Source: a virus
Virus record (IMG/VR): IMGVR_UViG_3300037618_000011
Span: 1-41,912 of that record
DNA length: 41,912 nucleotides
Strand: one strand, 5' to 3'
Below, piece after piece: positions 12,696-21,635 of the stretch (position 1 is the first letter of the stretch; the number at the start of each line of letters is the position of its first letter). The position numbers and the translations under genes were made by a program. The notes beneath the pieces were generated by a model that did no database searches, was not told the DNA's origin, and saw nothing but the letters and a program-made list of their open reading frames with translations.

Positions 12696-15035
12696 ATGGC
12701 TAAAGACCCTGACATCGAGAAGCCGAAGGTCGCCCCGACCCCGCCCGCTGAAAGCGGCAACCCGGACAAGCAGGTCGACACCTCCAAGACCGACGACGCC
12801 AATCTCGGCATCGACCCGAAATACTGGATGAACTGCCTCGATGACGCCGAACGCGCCGAAAGCGACTGGCGCAAGCGCGGTCGCGAAATCATCCAGATTT
12901 ATCGCAACGACATCGGCTCGAAGAGCAACCGGGACACCACGAAAAGCAAGAGCATCGGCGGCAAGGTGGTGTTCAACATCCTTTTTGCAAATACAGAAAC
13001 GATGCTGCCCGCCGTCTACACCAAGCCGCCTGAACCCATCGTCCGCGCCCGCTTCACCAATCCCGACAATCCGTTCAGACCGCCGATGCCCGGTTCGCTC
13101 GGTGCCTCGCCGCTGCCTCCCATGCCACCACCGCCATCCGGGCCGGTGCCGCCTCCATCGGCACCCCTCCCGGCGTCGGGGTCGCCGCCAGTTATTCCCT
13201 CAACAGCAAATGGCGGGTCGCCCGACTTGGGAGGCGGGGGGAGTTTCGCGACCCCGCCTCCTTCTCCGATTGCACCTCCCCCGAGTCTTGCGCCAGTTCC
13301 ACAACCTGGCCCTCCGATGCCGCCGCCCGGAGCCCCCAGTGGCGGCAAGCCCAGCCAGAAGGCGATAGAGACTGCGGCATCCGTCATCGAAAAGACGCTG
13401 GAAATCGTGGTCGAGGACGAGATGAGCCACGAGAGCGTCAAGGCGGCCATCAAGGACGTGCTGCTGCCCGGCCGTGGCTGTGTCCGTGTCCGCTGGATAC
13501 CGACCATGGAAGAACGGCCGGTGATGTCCGGCGACGGCGTTACGCCGCTGCCGCCGCTGGGCGACGAGAACGAACAGCCGATGGAGGACGTCAAGGTCTG
13601 GGAACAGGTCAACGACGAATACGTCTACTGGGAAGACTTGCTGCTCGACCCGGTGCGCGCCCCCGGCGACACCGACTGGATTGCCTTCCGGCACCTGTTC
13701 ACCGCCAAGCAGGGCATCTCCGAATTCAAAGGGTCGAGCCCGAAATTCGATGAACTGATTGCCACCAAGAAGGTCGAGAGCGAGCTTTGCAACTGGACCG
13801 AAGAGAGCGCCGCCAAGAACCTCGTCGGCGGCGGCAGCCCGATGCGCTCGGCGGGCAAGCTTGGCGACGTCATCAAGAAGATGATGGTCTGGGAAATCTG
13901 GGACCGGCCGAACCGGCAAATCATCTGGTTCGTGCGCGAGCTTGGCGGCATGGTGCTGCGCGTCGATGACGACACCTACGGGCTGGAAGGCTTCTATCCC
14001 ATCCCGCGCCCGCTCTTGGCGGTGACCACGACCGACACCCAGATACCGCGCGCCTTCTATGAATTGTATGCCGACCTCGCCGCCGACCTCGATGAGACCA
14101 GCCGCCGAATCTCCAATCTCACCCAGCAGATAAAGGTACGTGGCGGCTACAACAGCGCGTCATCGGAGATTGCCCAGATACTGTCGGCAGGCGACCAGAA
14201 GATGCTGCCGGTCGACGGCGTCGACATGCTGAACGGCGGCCTGCAGAACCACATCTGGCTGGTTCCCATCCTCGATTTCGTGCAGGCCCTGAAGGAGCTT
14301 TACGTCGCCCGCGAGGAAATCAAGCAGGCGATTTACGAAATCATGGGCATATCAGACATCATGCGCGGTGCCACGAAAGCCAGCGAAACGGCGACCGCGC
14401 AGCGCATCAAGGGCTCGATGGGCATGGTGCGCCTGTCCGACCAGAAGCAGCAGGCAGCCAATTTCGTCACCGACCTGCTGCGGATGAAGGCCGAACTGAT
14501 TGCCAAGAATTTCGACGCCTCGACCCTGTCAGCGATGACCGGCGAGGACGTGACGCCAGAGGTCATGGCCATCCTGCGGTCGGACTTCATGCGGACCTGC
14601 ACCGTCGACATCGAGAGCGACAGCACCGTCGTTGCCGACATGCAGGAGGAACAGCAGTCGATGCAGGCGGTGATGATGTCGGTACAGGCCGTCATGCAGG
14701 GCGCGGCGCAGATGATACAGACCGGCCTGCTGCCGCCGCCGCAGGTCATCATGTTGTCCCTTGAACTGCTGAAGATGTTCCTGCACCCGGTTCGCTTCAG
14801 CCGTGGCGTGGTCGAACTGGTGGACGATTTCATCGAGCAGCTGCAGCAGCAAATCGCCATGCAGTCGATGATGCCGCCTGCCCCGCCGATGCCGCCGCCG
14901 CTACCGCCTCCGGGTGGCAAGCCCGACGAAGGCGGCCCACCGAAGCCATCACCCGCTGCAGCACCACCAAAGACCAACGGGGCCGGACCACCGATATCGG
15001 GGATGCCGGTCGGCCCCGGCGCAGTCAACATCTAA
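12696..15035 (+). CDS. Portal protein with proline-rich insertions
   Basis: 779 aa immediately after terL. Podovirus head-to-tail-connector-like N-terminal block (DWRKRGREIIQIYRND, NILFANTETMLPAVY). Confidence 0.8.
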   Translation: MAKDPDIEKPKVAPTPPAESGNPDKQVDTSKTDDANLGIDPKYWMNCLDDAERAESDWRKRGREIIQIYRNDIGSKSNRDTTKSKSIGGKVVFNILFANTETMLPAVYTKPPEPIVRARFTNPDNPFRPPMPGSLGASPLPPMPPPPSGPVPPPSAPLPASGSPPVIPSTANGGSPDLGGGGSFATPPPSPIAPPPSLAPVPQPGPPMPPPGAPSGGKPSQKAIETAASVIEKTLEIVVEDEMSHESVKAAIKDVLLPGRGCVRVRWIPTMEERPVMSGDGVTPLPPLGDENEQPMEDVKVWEQVNDEYVYWEDLLLDPVRAPGDTDWIAFRHLFTAKQGISEFKGSSPKFDELIATKKVESELCNWTEESAAKNLVGGGSPMRSAGKLGDVIKKMMVWEIWDRPNRQIIWFVRELGGMVLRVDDDTYGLEGFYPIPRPLLAVTTTDTQIPRAFYELYADLAADLDETSRRISNLTQQIKVRGGYNSASSEIAQILSAGDQKMLPVDGVDMLNGGLQNHIWLVPILDFVQALKELYVAREEIKQAIYEIMGISDIMRGATKASETATAQRIKGSMGMVRLSDQKQQAANFVTDLLRMKAELIAKNFDASTLSAMTGEDVTPEVMAILRSDFMRTCTVDIESDSTVVADMQEEQQSMQAVMMSVQAVMQGAAQMIQTGLLPPPQVIMLSLELLKMFLHPVRFSRGVVELVDDFIEQLQQQIAMQSMMPPAPPMPPPLPPPGGKPDEGGPPKPSPAAAPPKTNGAGPPISGMPVGPGAVNI

Positions 15036-15050
15036 CCAAGGAGAACCACC

Positions 15051-15281
15051 ATGGCGAAGACCCCAACACCAACCTCGACCGACACCGAAGGTCTGACGTC
15101 CGGCCTGCCAGCCGACGAATACAAGCGCGAACAGGACAAGGGCGGCAAAGACCCGGTGAGCCCGGCCGTCGAGCCGAAGAAGGCAGAGACCGTCGATATC
15201 GCCCCGAACGAGCCCTATCCGTCCGGTGGCGCAAACCCGGAAGCGGGCAAGCCGCACAACGAAGTCAAACCGGAGGAGTGA
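15051..15281 (+). CDS. Hypothetical acidic Pro/Glu-rich protein, 76 aa
   Basis: ORF track. AAGGAGAACC SD. Confidence 0.55.
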   Translation: MAKTPTPTSTDTEGLTSGLPADEYKREQDKGGKDPVSPAVEPKKAETVDIAPNEPYPSGGANPEAGKPHNEVKPEE

Positions 15282-15282
15282 G

Positions 15283-15798
15283 ATGGGCCAGCGCTATCCG
15301 ACCCCACCCCCGGCCGGGAGCTACACCCCGGCCTACGTCCCGACCATCCAGTATTACGGCGGGGCCTATGGCGACGACTTGAGCCAGTCGACGGCGAACG
15401 TCACCAACGACTTTTCGCCAAAGACGCAGGTCGAGAAGGCGGCCTTGGTCGGGATGCCCATCGTCGGTGACCTTGGCGTGCCGCGTGGCTATGTCGCGCC
15501 GAACAAGCCGTATGGCCCGGCCCCGGCGTCACCCGGCAAAGACCCGACCATCACTGGGCTCAACCCGGCCACGGCGGTCGCAGGCGGCCCGACCGTTCTG
15601 GTGCTGATATCAGGCACCAATTTCACCGAGTGGTCGACGGTCAAGACCGGTGGCGTGCCGACGCCTTACTTCAGGGTCATCAGCCCCACGCAAATCCAGC
15701 TGACGATTGACGCCCGTCGTTCTGTCGCTGGCGCTGTCGACGTCATCGTCAGCGACCACGGCAAGGACAGCGCGCCGACGCCGTTCACGTTCACATGA
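15283..15798 (+). CDS. Head-module protein with a C-terminal IPT/TIG (Ig-like) domain
   Basis: ITGLNPATAVAGGPTVLVLISGTNF...VISPTQIQLTI...VDVIVSDHG fits the IPT/TIG pattern. GGAGGAG SD. Confidence 0.6.
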   Translation: MGQRYPTPPPAGSYTPAYVPTIQYYGGAYGDDLSQSTANVTNDFSPKTQVEKAALVGMPIVGDLGVPRGYVAPNKPYGPAPASPGKDPTITGLNPATAVAGGPTVLVLISGTNFTEWSTVKTGGVPTPYFRVISPTQIQLTIDARRSVAGAVDVIVSDHGKDSAPTPFTFT

Positions 15799-15805
15799 GG
15801 CTGTG

Positions 15806-16063
15806 ATGGGACCGAGAGATGCAATCCAGCGCTGGGGCGTGCCGGTCAATACTGAGACCGGCGTGCCTCTAACTGATTCACAAACCAGCCGCCTCGACCG
15901 CCTAACGGAAGCGAGCGAGGCGTTTCGTGCCGTCATGCATGAGGCTGAAGGCAGTGCCATCGATGACGGCTGGGACTTCCGCAATAAGCGGATGCAGCGC
16001 GCCGCCGACCATCTGGAAATGGCGCTGATGATGGCCCGCAAGGTCAGCTGCGAGGTGCCATGA
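15806..16063 (+). CDS. Hypothetical protein, 85 aa
   Basis: ATG shortly after the upstream stop, in the frame of track ORF 15707..16063. Confidence 0.5.
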   Translation: MGPRDAIQRWGVPVNTETGVPLTDSQTSRLDRLTEASEAFRAVMHEAEGSAIDDGWDFRNKRMQRAADHLEMALMMARKVSCEVP

Positions 16064-16386
16064 CGGTCTATGTTTTTCGTGACGGGAAGTACGTGGATAA
16101 GGCCACCCTTTATCGTCATGAGCGCGTGAACACCGGTTTTCCGACGCCCCGGCTGTCGCGGTTCGACAGCTTCGAGAGCCCGATAACCGGCGAGGCGGTC
16201 ACCAGCTGGCGACAGCGGGACCGGGAGATGAACGAGCATGATTGCTATGACCCGCGAGACTTGCCTGCGGACCACGTCTATCGGCGCGGCCGGGAAGTGC
16301 AGCTGGCGGAACTAGAGGAGGTTAGGGCAAATGGCGAACGAACCGACGACACCTTCCAGTGGAACGACACCGGAACCGGCGAATGA
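16060..16386 (+). CDS. Hypothetical protein, 108 aa
   Basis: ORF track. ATGA coupling. Confidence 0.55.
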   Translation: MTVYVFRDGKYVDKATLYRHERVNTGFPTPRLSRFDSFESPITGEAVTSWRQRDREMNEHDCYDPRDLPADHVYRRGREVQLAELEEVRANGERTDDTFQWNDTGTGE

Positions 16387-17515
16387 AGCGGCCGACCAGC
16401 CGCGTTCGCTGCGCGAAGTGGCCGAAGCCTCATGGACTGAAATCGAAGAGGCCCCGGAGAGCGAAAGCCCCGAAGAGGCCCCGGCTGGACAATCTGGCCA
16501 ACCGCGCGATAATTTAGGACGATTTGCAGCGAAAGAGGGTGAGCAGCCTCCCGGCCCAGCCCCTGTTTCAGACAGAACCGCACCACCAGTGCAGCCGCCT
16601 AGCCCAGCCCCTTCGGGGAGTAGCAGCGAAGCCCCGGCGCACTGGTCTGCAGAGGACCGCACGACATTCCAGAAGCTGCCGAAGGAGGGTCAAGACTTCC
16701 TACTTCGTCGGCACACCGAAATGGAGCGCGACTACCAAAGCAAGGTGCAGGCCAACGCGACAGCAGTTCAGTTCACGCAAGCTGTTGCACCGGTCTTCGA
16801 GCATCCCACGGTCAAGCAGACCTTGGTCGACTACCAGACTGGCGGTGTGGTCCATCCAGCGGACGCAATCAAGCAATGGGCCGCCTTCCATGTCCGGGCA
16901 ATGTCACCGAACGTTGCTGACAAAGTGGCACTCGTCAAAGACCTGATGCAGCGCATGCAACTGGACCCAGCGGCAGTCTTCGGCCAAGGCAACCAGCCGA
17001 CGAACGGATTGTCCGCAGAGGACATGAAAGACCCGGCTATCAAGTTTTTCGCCGACCACGTCGGCCAAACGACATCGGAACTGCAAAACCTAAAGACGCA
17101 GCTGGAAAACCTGAACCGACAGGCCAACGAGCGGGCGTCGCAGGAAAGCATGAGGGTCATCAATTGGGGCATAGACCAGTTCGCAGACGAGAAGGACGCG
17201 CAGGGCAATCCGTTGCACCCGCACTTCGATGCTGTCATCCCGCAGATGATAGAACTGTTCCATGCCAACCCGAACCGCGACCTGCGCGAAGCTTACGACA
17301 CTGCCGTGTGGATGAACCCCCAGCTTCGCAATTCCCTCATCGAGAGGGAAAAGCAATCCGTCGAGCAGAAACAGGCGAACGCGCGAGCGGCAGCGGCGGC
17401 ACGGTCAAACGTGCGTGGCCGGACGTCGCCCGTCGCCAAGCCAGATGCCCCCGGAGGCGAACCCAAGGGATTGCGTGCCGTTATCGCAGCGGCTGCGGAC
17501 GAGGTCGGCCTATGA
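16331..17515 (+). CDS. Scaffolding-like protein
   Basis: 394 aa. Acidic low-complexity N-terminus then helical region. Lies between portal and capsid. GAGGAGG SD. Confidence 0.6.
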   Translation: MANEPTTPSSGTTPEPANEAADQPRSLREVAEASWTEIEEAPESESPEEAPAGQSGQPRDNLGRFAAKEGEQPPGPAPVSDRTAPPVQPPSPAPSGSSSEAPAHWSAEDRTTFQKLPKEGQDFLLRRHTEMERDYQSKVQANATAVQFTQAVAPVFEHPTVKQTLVDYQTGGVVHPADAIKQWAAFHVRAMSPNVADKVALVKDLMQRMQLDPAAVFGQGNQPTNGLSAEDMKDPAIKFFADHVGQTTSELQNLKTQLENLNRQANERASQESMRVINWGIDQFADEKDAQGNPLHPHFDAVIPQMIELFHANPNRDLREAYDTAVWMNPQLRNSLIEREKQSVEQKQANARAAAAARSNVRGRTSPVAKPDAPGGEPKGLRAVIAAAADEVGL

Positions 17516-17533
17516 CCCTCATAGGAGCCGACT

Positions 17534-18487
17534 ATGGCCGAACCTACCGTAACCCAGCTGGTTGCGACCACGCTGGCCAACTACCACAAGGAGTTTGCGG
17601 ATAACGTCGCCAACTCCAATGCCGTCACCGCCCTTCTGAAGCAAGGTGACCGCATCCGCACAGTCGACGGCGGTAAACAAATCAGCGCCCCGCTGACATA
17701 CGCCGAAGAAACCTTCGCTTGGTACACGGGCACCGACCTGCTGTCCCGTGCCGTCAAGGAGACCATCTCGGAAGCGGACTACGCCCCGGCCAACGCCGTC
17801 GCGTCCGTTACGCTGTCTGGTCCAGACCTCGCAAAAAACAGAGGAAAGGAGAGGATTCTCAATCTGTTAGAGGGTAAATTAGATAATGCCCAGACCACGA
17901 TGTCTAACAACATCACCAAGGCCGTGTACTCAGATGGGACGCTGGCGAAATCCTTCGCCGGTCTGAAGGCGTTCATCACCGACAACGGCACCGGCATCGT
18001 CGGCGGCATCGACAGCGGTACGTGGGGCTTCTGGAAGAACCAGTTCCAGTCGATTGCCCGTGCGACCGGCCTGCAATACCCGGCCCTGAAGGCTGGCATG
18101 AACGCGCTCTGGATGAAGCTTATCCGGGGCACGGAAAAGCCGGACCTTGTGCTGGCAGACGCTGAAATCTACTCGACCTACGAAAGTGGGCTGCAGGAAA
18201 ACCAGCGCTATGCCGACGCCAAGCTCGGAGCCCTCGGCTTCGAGACCCTGAAGTACAAGACCGCCGCCATCGTCTTCGATGGTGCCGCCACCGGCCTTGT
18301 CGGCGGCTACATGGTCAACACCAAGTACATGAAACTGGAAGTCTACACGGGCCGCAATTTCGAAGCCCTCGACCTTCCAGACCAGACCCCCGACATGGAC
18401 GCCGTCACCCGTCATATCGCCTTCATGGGCTGCATGACGCTGTCGAACCGCGCCATGCAGGGCCGTCTCCTGCTCACTGGCACTTGA
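17534..18487 (+). CDS. Major capsid protein
   Basis: 317 aa directly after the scaffold gene, with a strong AGGAG SD and balanced composition. Called by position and size. Confidence 0.7.
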   Translation: MAEPTVTQLVATTLANYHKEFADNVANSNAVTALLKQGDRIRTVDGGKQISAPLTYAEETFAWYTGTDLLSRAVKETISEADYAPANAVASVTLSGPDLAKNRGKERILNLLEGKLDNAQTTMSNNITKAVYSDGTLAKSFAGLKAFITDNGTGIVGGIDSGTWGFWKNQFQSIARATGLQYPALKAGMNALWMKLIRGTEKPDLVLADAEIYSTYESGLQENQRYADAKLGALGFETLKYKTAAIVFDGAATGLVGGYMVNTKYMKLEVYTGRNFEALDLPDQTPDMDAVTRHIAFMGCMTLSNRAMQGRLLLTGT

Positions 18488-18512
18488 GAGCGTCAGCGCG
18501 GGCGGAAGGTGG

Positions 18513-18554
18513 CCGGGGGATGCCCTAACCCCCCGGTCCCCTCAACGTTAGGGC
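18513..18554 (+). promoter_or_regulatory. Two interleaved stems downstream of the capsid stop (pseudoknot-compatible)
   Basis: CCGGGGG/CCCCCGG (18513-19 with 18530-36) and GCCCTAAC/GTTAGGGC (18522-29 with 18547-54). Confidence 0.4.
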
Positions 18555-18569
18555 GAAAGGGAACTGATT

Positions 18570-19112
18570 ATGAACGACACGCCGACACTGGCACGATTTC
18601 ACATGGGATGGGTCGAGGACGGCCTTGGCCGCGACGGGCTGCCGCTTTACCGCGAGCAGCTGCTGATTACCCTCGACCGGCCGCCGCTGCTGCGCATCGA
18701 GCGCACCGCCACCGAAGACGACAAGGAAGACTATCCCGGCCCATACGCGGTCTTCGAGAAGCAGCGCGCCGCCGTCGACAGCGAGGAAGGCTATCCGCTG
18801 GTGCTCTGGCCCGCCTGCACCTCCCCGATGTTCATGATGCTCGCCGCACGCGGCATCTCGACCGTCGAGGGTCTGGCCAAGCTCGCAGGCCGTGGCGGCA
18901 AGGACGACACCATGCCTGCCGAAATCCGCGAACTGGCCGGGCGTGCCGTCAAGCTGATGGCGATGCAGCGCGACATCGGCAAGTTCGAAGCCATCATCCG
19001 TGAGAAGGATGGCGAACTGGAAGCCCTGAAGGAGCAGGTCGATGAGGCCGTCAAGACCATCACGGCGCAGAAGGCCGTCATCGACAAGCTGAAGATAGCG
19101 AGTGTTGCCTGA
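18570..19112 (+). CDS. Hypothetical virion-module protein with a C-terminal coiled coil, 180 aa
   Basis: ORF track. Position after the capsid gene. Confidence 0.6.
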   Translation: MNDTPTLARFHMGWVEDGLGRDGLPLYREQLLITLDRPPLLRIERTATEDDKEDYPGPYAVFEKQRAAVDSEEGYPLVLWPACTSPMFMMLAARGISTVEGLAKLAGRGGKDDTMPAEIRELAGRAVKLMAMQRDIGKFEAIIREKDGELEALKEQVDEAVKTITAQKAVIDKLKIASVA

Positions 19113-19528
19113 TGCTCTACACAATCAACCAAGTGGTGTCGGATGCGCAGATGGAACTGGGGATTGCCCAGAAGCCGATTTCCTCCGTCGTCACTTCGTT
19201 GGACGAAGACGTCGCCCAGATGGTGGCACTGATGTCGGCCGTGGCCGACGACGTGCTGCTGGAGGAGCCCTACAAGATAACGCTGGGCGACGGCTACTGG
19301 GTGTCGGACCTGAACGGCGTGCCGAAGGCGCGGCCGACCACCGACACCGACCTCATCCTGTTCGACGGCAGGCTGGCGATTGATGGCCTGAAATACCGCT
19401 TCCTGAAGGGCAAGGGTCTGGAGTTTGGCGAGGAGATGCGGGACTACACCGCCCGCATGAACAAGCTGGCAGGCCGCGTCAATGCCCGCGTTCTCGACCT
19501 CGATGTCGATGAAGGGAGGCAGCAATGA
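19112..19528 (+). CDS. Hypothetical virion protein, possible head-tail adaptor, 138 aa
   Basis: ORF track. TGATG coupling. Function guessed from position only. Confidence 0.5.
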   Translation: MLYTINQVVSDAQMELGIAQKPISSVVTSLDEDVAQMVALMSAVADDVLLEEPYKITLGDGYWVSDLNGVPKARPTTDTDLILFDGRLAIDGLKYRFLKGKGLEFGEEMRDYTARMNKLAGRVNARVLDLDVDEGRQQ

Positions 19529-21111
19529 GGATGATGCCGACCCGGTACGCAGGCAAAGCGGAGGCGATGCGGGTCAAGAAAGGCAACCCGGCGTCGCTCG
19601 CCCATATCGGCGCACCGCTGAAGGGCTTGAGCCTGTCGGCCGCCCTGTCTCCGAACACCGACCCGCTGAAGGCGACCATCCTCGACAACTGGGTGATAGA
19701 CGAGGACAAAATCAGGTGCCGCTTCGGCCGCAAGAAGGTCTTTGCCCACCCCGACGCCAAGCCGGTCGAAAGCCTTGTGCCGTTCTACGGCTTCCCGACC
19801 CCGAACCTCGCGCTCGGCACCAACGGCAAGCTGACCAGCTATTCCGGGGTCGACCTGCATACCGGCTTCACCGGCAACGACTGGTCGTGGACGTCGTTCG
19901 CCAATCTCGGTGAGAAGACCTACACGCTGATGGTCAACGGCAAGGACGGCGTATGGTCGTGGGACGGCACCAACACCACCGCCGGTCTGGTCAAGGAGAC
20001 GGTCACCGCCCCGGCATCGGAGACGTGGATTAACCCCGACAAGTTCGCCACCATCCTCACCCACCAGAACCACGTCTGGTTTGCCGACGAATTGCATCTG
20101 GCCGTCTATTACCTGCCGCTGCAGCAGAAGACCGGCGAACTGAAATACCTGCCGCTGAATGCCATGTTCAAGCGCGGCGGCACCGTGCGCGCCATCTACA
20201 GCTGGACGGTCGACGGTGGCGACGGCATGAACGACAAGCTGGTGATTTTCACCTCGAATGGCGAGTGCGCCATCTACGGCGGCACCGACCCGGACAGCGA
20301 CTATGCATCGCAGGGCGTCTTCCGCTTCGATGCGCCGATGAGCAAGCATTGCGTCGCCCAGTATGGCGGTGAGCTTTACGTGCTGATTTCCACCGGCCTT
20401 GTGCCGATGTCGACGCTGATGAAGGCGGGCATCGAGGAGCTTGGTCAGACCGACCGGGCCGTCTACTCGACCTTCATGGATGCCTCCCGGCGGTTCCGCA
20501 ATGCGCCCGGCTGGCAGGTCTATCTCGACCCGCCGACCTCGCGGATGATTTGCAACATGCCGCAGGGCGGTGCCAACCACTACAAGCAGATGGTCCGCTT
20601 CATGCCGACCGCCTACTGGTCCAGCTGGTCGGCCGTGCCGTCGCGCTGCTACTGCTACGTCAACGACACCCGCTACATTGCCGACGACAAGGGCAACCTG
20701 TTCGCCATGGGTCGCAACTACCTCGATGACGACGGTGCGGCCATCAAGGTCGACGTGCAGCTGTCGTGGTCGAACTACAAGAGCCCCGGCAAGAAGCACT
20801 TCAAGATGGTGAAGCCGTACATCATCACCGATGGCCAGCCGCACCCGATGGTCGACATTCAGGTCGACTTCAAGGATACCCCGCCCGCCAACCAGCCGGA
20901 CCTGTCGTTCTCCGATGCCGGGGCCGACTGGGACACCGCCAGCTGGGACACGGCCGACTGGGCACCGCCCTCCTCGATGTATGCCAAGTGGTCCGGTGTC
21001 GGCCGCCTCGGCGTGCATGGGGCCTTCCGAATGCAGGCGATGGTCTTCGGCTGCGAGTTCGCCTTTTCCGGCGCTGACATCCTCTACGAACAGGGGAGTG
21101 TCTTGGGATGA
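19525..21111 (+). CDS. Large virion structural protein, possible tail tube/nozzle, 528 aa
   Basis: ORF track. ATGA coupling. Normal composition, unlike the antisense ORF 19444..21018. Confidence 0.6.
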   Translation: MRMMPTRYAGKAEAMRVKKGNPASLAHIGAPLKGLSLSAALSPNTDPLKATILDNWVIDEDKIRCRFGRKKVFAHPDAKPVESLVPFYGFPTPNLALGTNGKLTSYSGVDLHTGFTGNDWSWTSFANLGEKTYTLMVNGKDGVWSWDGTNTTAGLVKETVTAPASETWINPDKFATILTHQNHVWFADELHLAVYYLPLQQKTGELKYLPLNAMFKRGGTVRAIYSWTVDGGDGMNDKLVIFTSNGECAIYGGTDPDSDYASQGVFRFDAPMSKHCVAQYGGELYVLISTGLVPMSTLMKAGIEELGQTDRAVYSTFMDASRRFRNAPGWQVYLDPPTSRMICNMPQGGANHYKQMVRFMPTAYWSSWSAVPSRCYCYVNDTRYIADDKGNLFAMGRNYLDDDGAAIKVDVQLSWSNYKSPGKKHFKMVKPYIITDGQPHPMVDIQVDFKDTPPANQPDLSFSDAGADWDTASWDTADWAPPSSMYAKWSGVGRLGVHGAFRMQAMVFGCEFAFSGADILYEQGSVLG

Positions 21112-21635
21112 GGTTCATCTATGCCACCCAGACCGACAACGATTTCATCGCCTTCCTGCGCGACCGCATCGAACTGGACCTGCGGGGGCAGCACCTTGAT
21201 GGCCCCAACTGGTTTTGTGTCAGCGTTCGCGAGGACATCACCGGTCACATCGTCGCCGGGCTTGCGTGTGAGTTCAAAAGCCCCTTCGACGTGCATTTTT
21301 CCTGCGCCGTGGATGAGCCCGACGCCATCACCCGGCGACTGCTGCGCGGCATCTTCCGGGCTCTGTTTACCAAGGCCAGCCGCATCACCGCGCTCTGCGC
21401 CCCTGACAACCACGCTGCCGAAAACCGCCTGAAGCGGCTCGGTTTTATATACGAGGGCTTTGTGCGGCGCGGGCTCGACGGCGTCGATGACGCACTGATG
21501 TACGGGATGCTTCCCGAAGACTGCAGATATCTGGGCGTTAGGGCCGCCCGACCAAACGGAGAAGGCCAATGGTCAGCCAGCCCAAGGCACCGGACCCTTA
21601 CGACACAGCGTCCGCGCAACAGTCGGCTAATGTAG
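21108..21635 (+). CDS. GNAT-like acetyltransferase
   Basis: ITRRLLRGIFRALF...CAPDNHAAENRLKRLGFIYEGFVRRG fits the GNAT core and C-terminal motifs. ATGA coupling. Confidence 0.5.
   Translation: MRFIYATQTDNDFIAFLRDRIELDLRGQHLDGPNWFCVSVREDITGHIVAGLACEFKSPFDVHFSCAVDEPDAITRRLLRGIFRALFTKASRITALCAPDNHAAENRLKRLGFIYEGFVRRGLDGVDDALMYGMLPEDCRYLGVRAARPNGEGQWSASPRHRTLTTQRPRNSRLM

Noticed and set aside
12841-13612. Alternative-frame ORFs 12841..13368 (plus) and 13016..13612 (minus) inside the portal gene
   Set aside because: They arise from the proline-rich CCG/CCC-repeat region, which is open in several frames. The portal frame is continuous with the conserved flanking blocks.
18509-19003. ORF in the capsid frame downstream of the capsid stop, considered as a read-through or extended capsid form
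   Set aside because: Its translation is an Arg/Ala/Pro-rich string (RRAAALPRAAADYPRPAAAAAHRAHRHRRRQGR...). It overlaps the well-formed 18570..19112 gene. No slippery heptamer was seen upstream of the structure.
19444-21018. 524-aa ORF on the minus strand
   Set aside because: It is antisense to the 528-aa structural gene. Its translation is Arg/Gly/Val/His-rich, with no SD and no coupling to neighbours. This is a typical spurious open frame in high-GC DNA.
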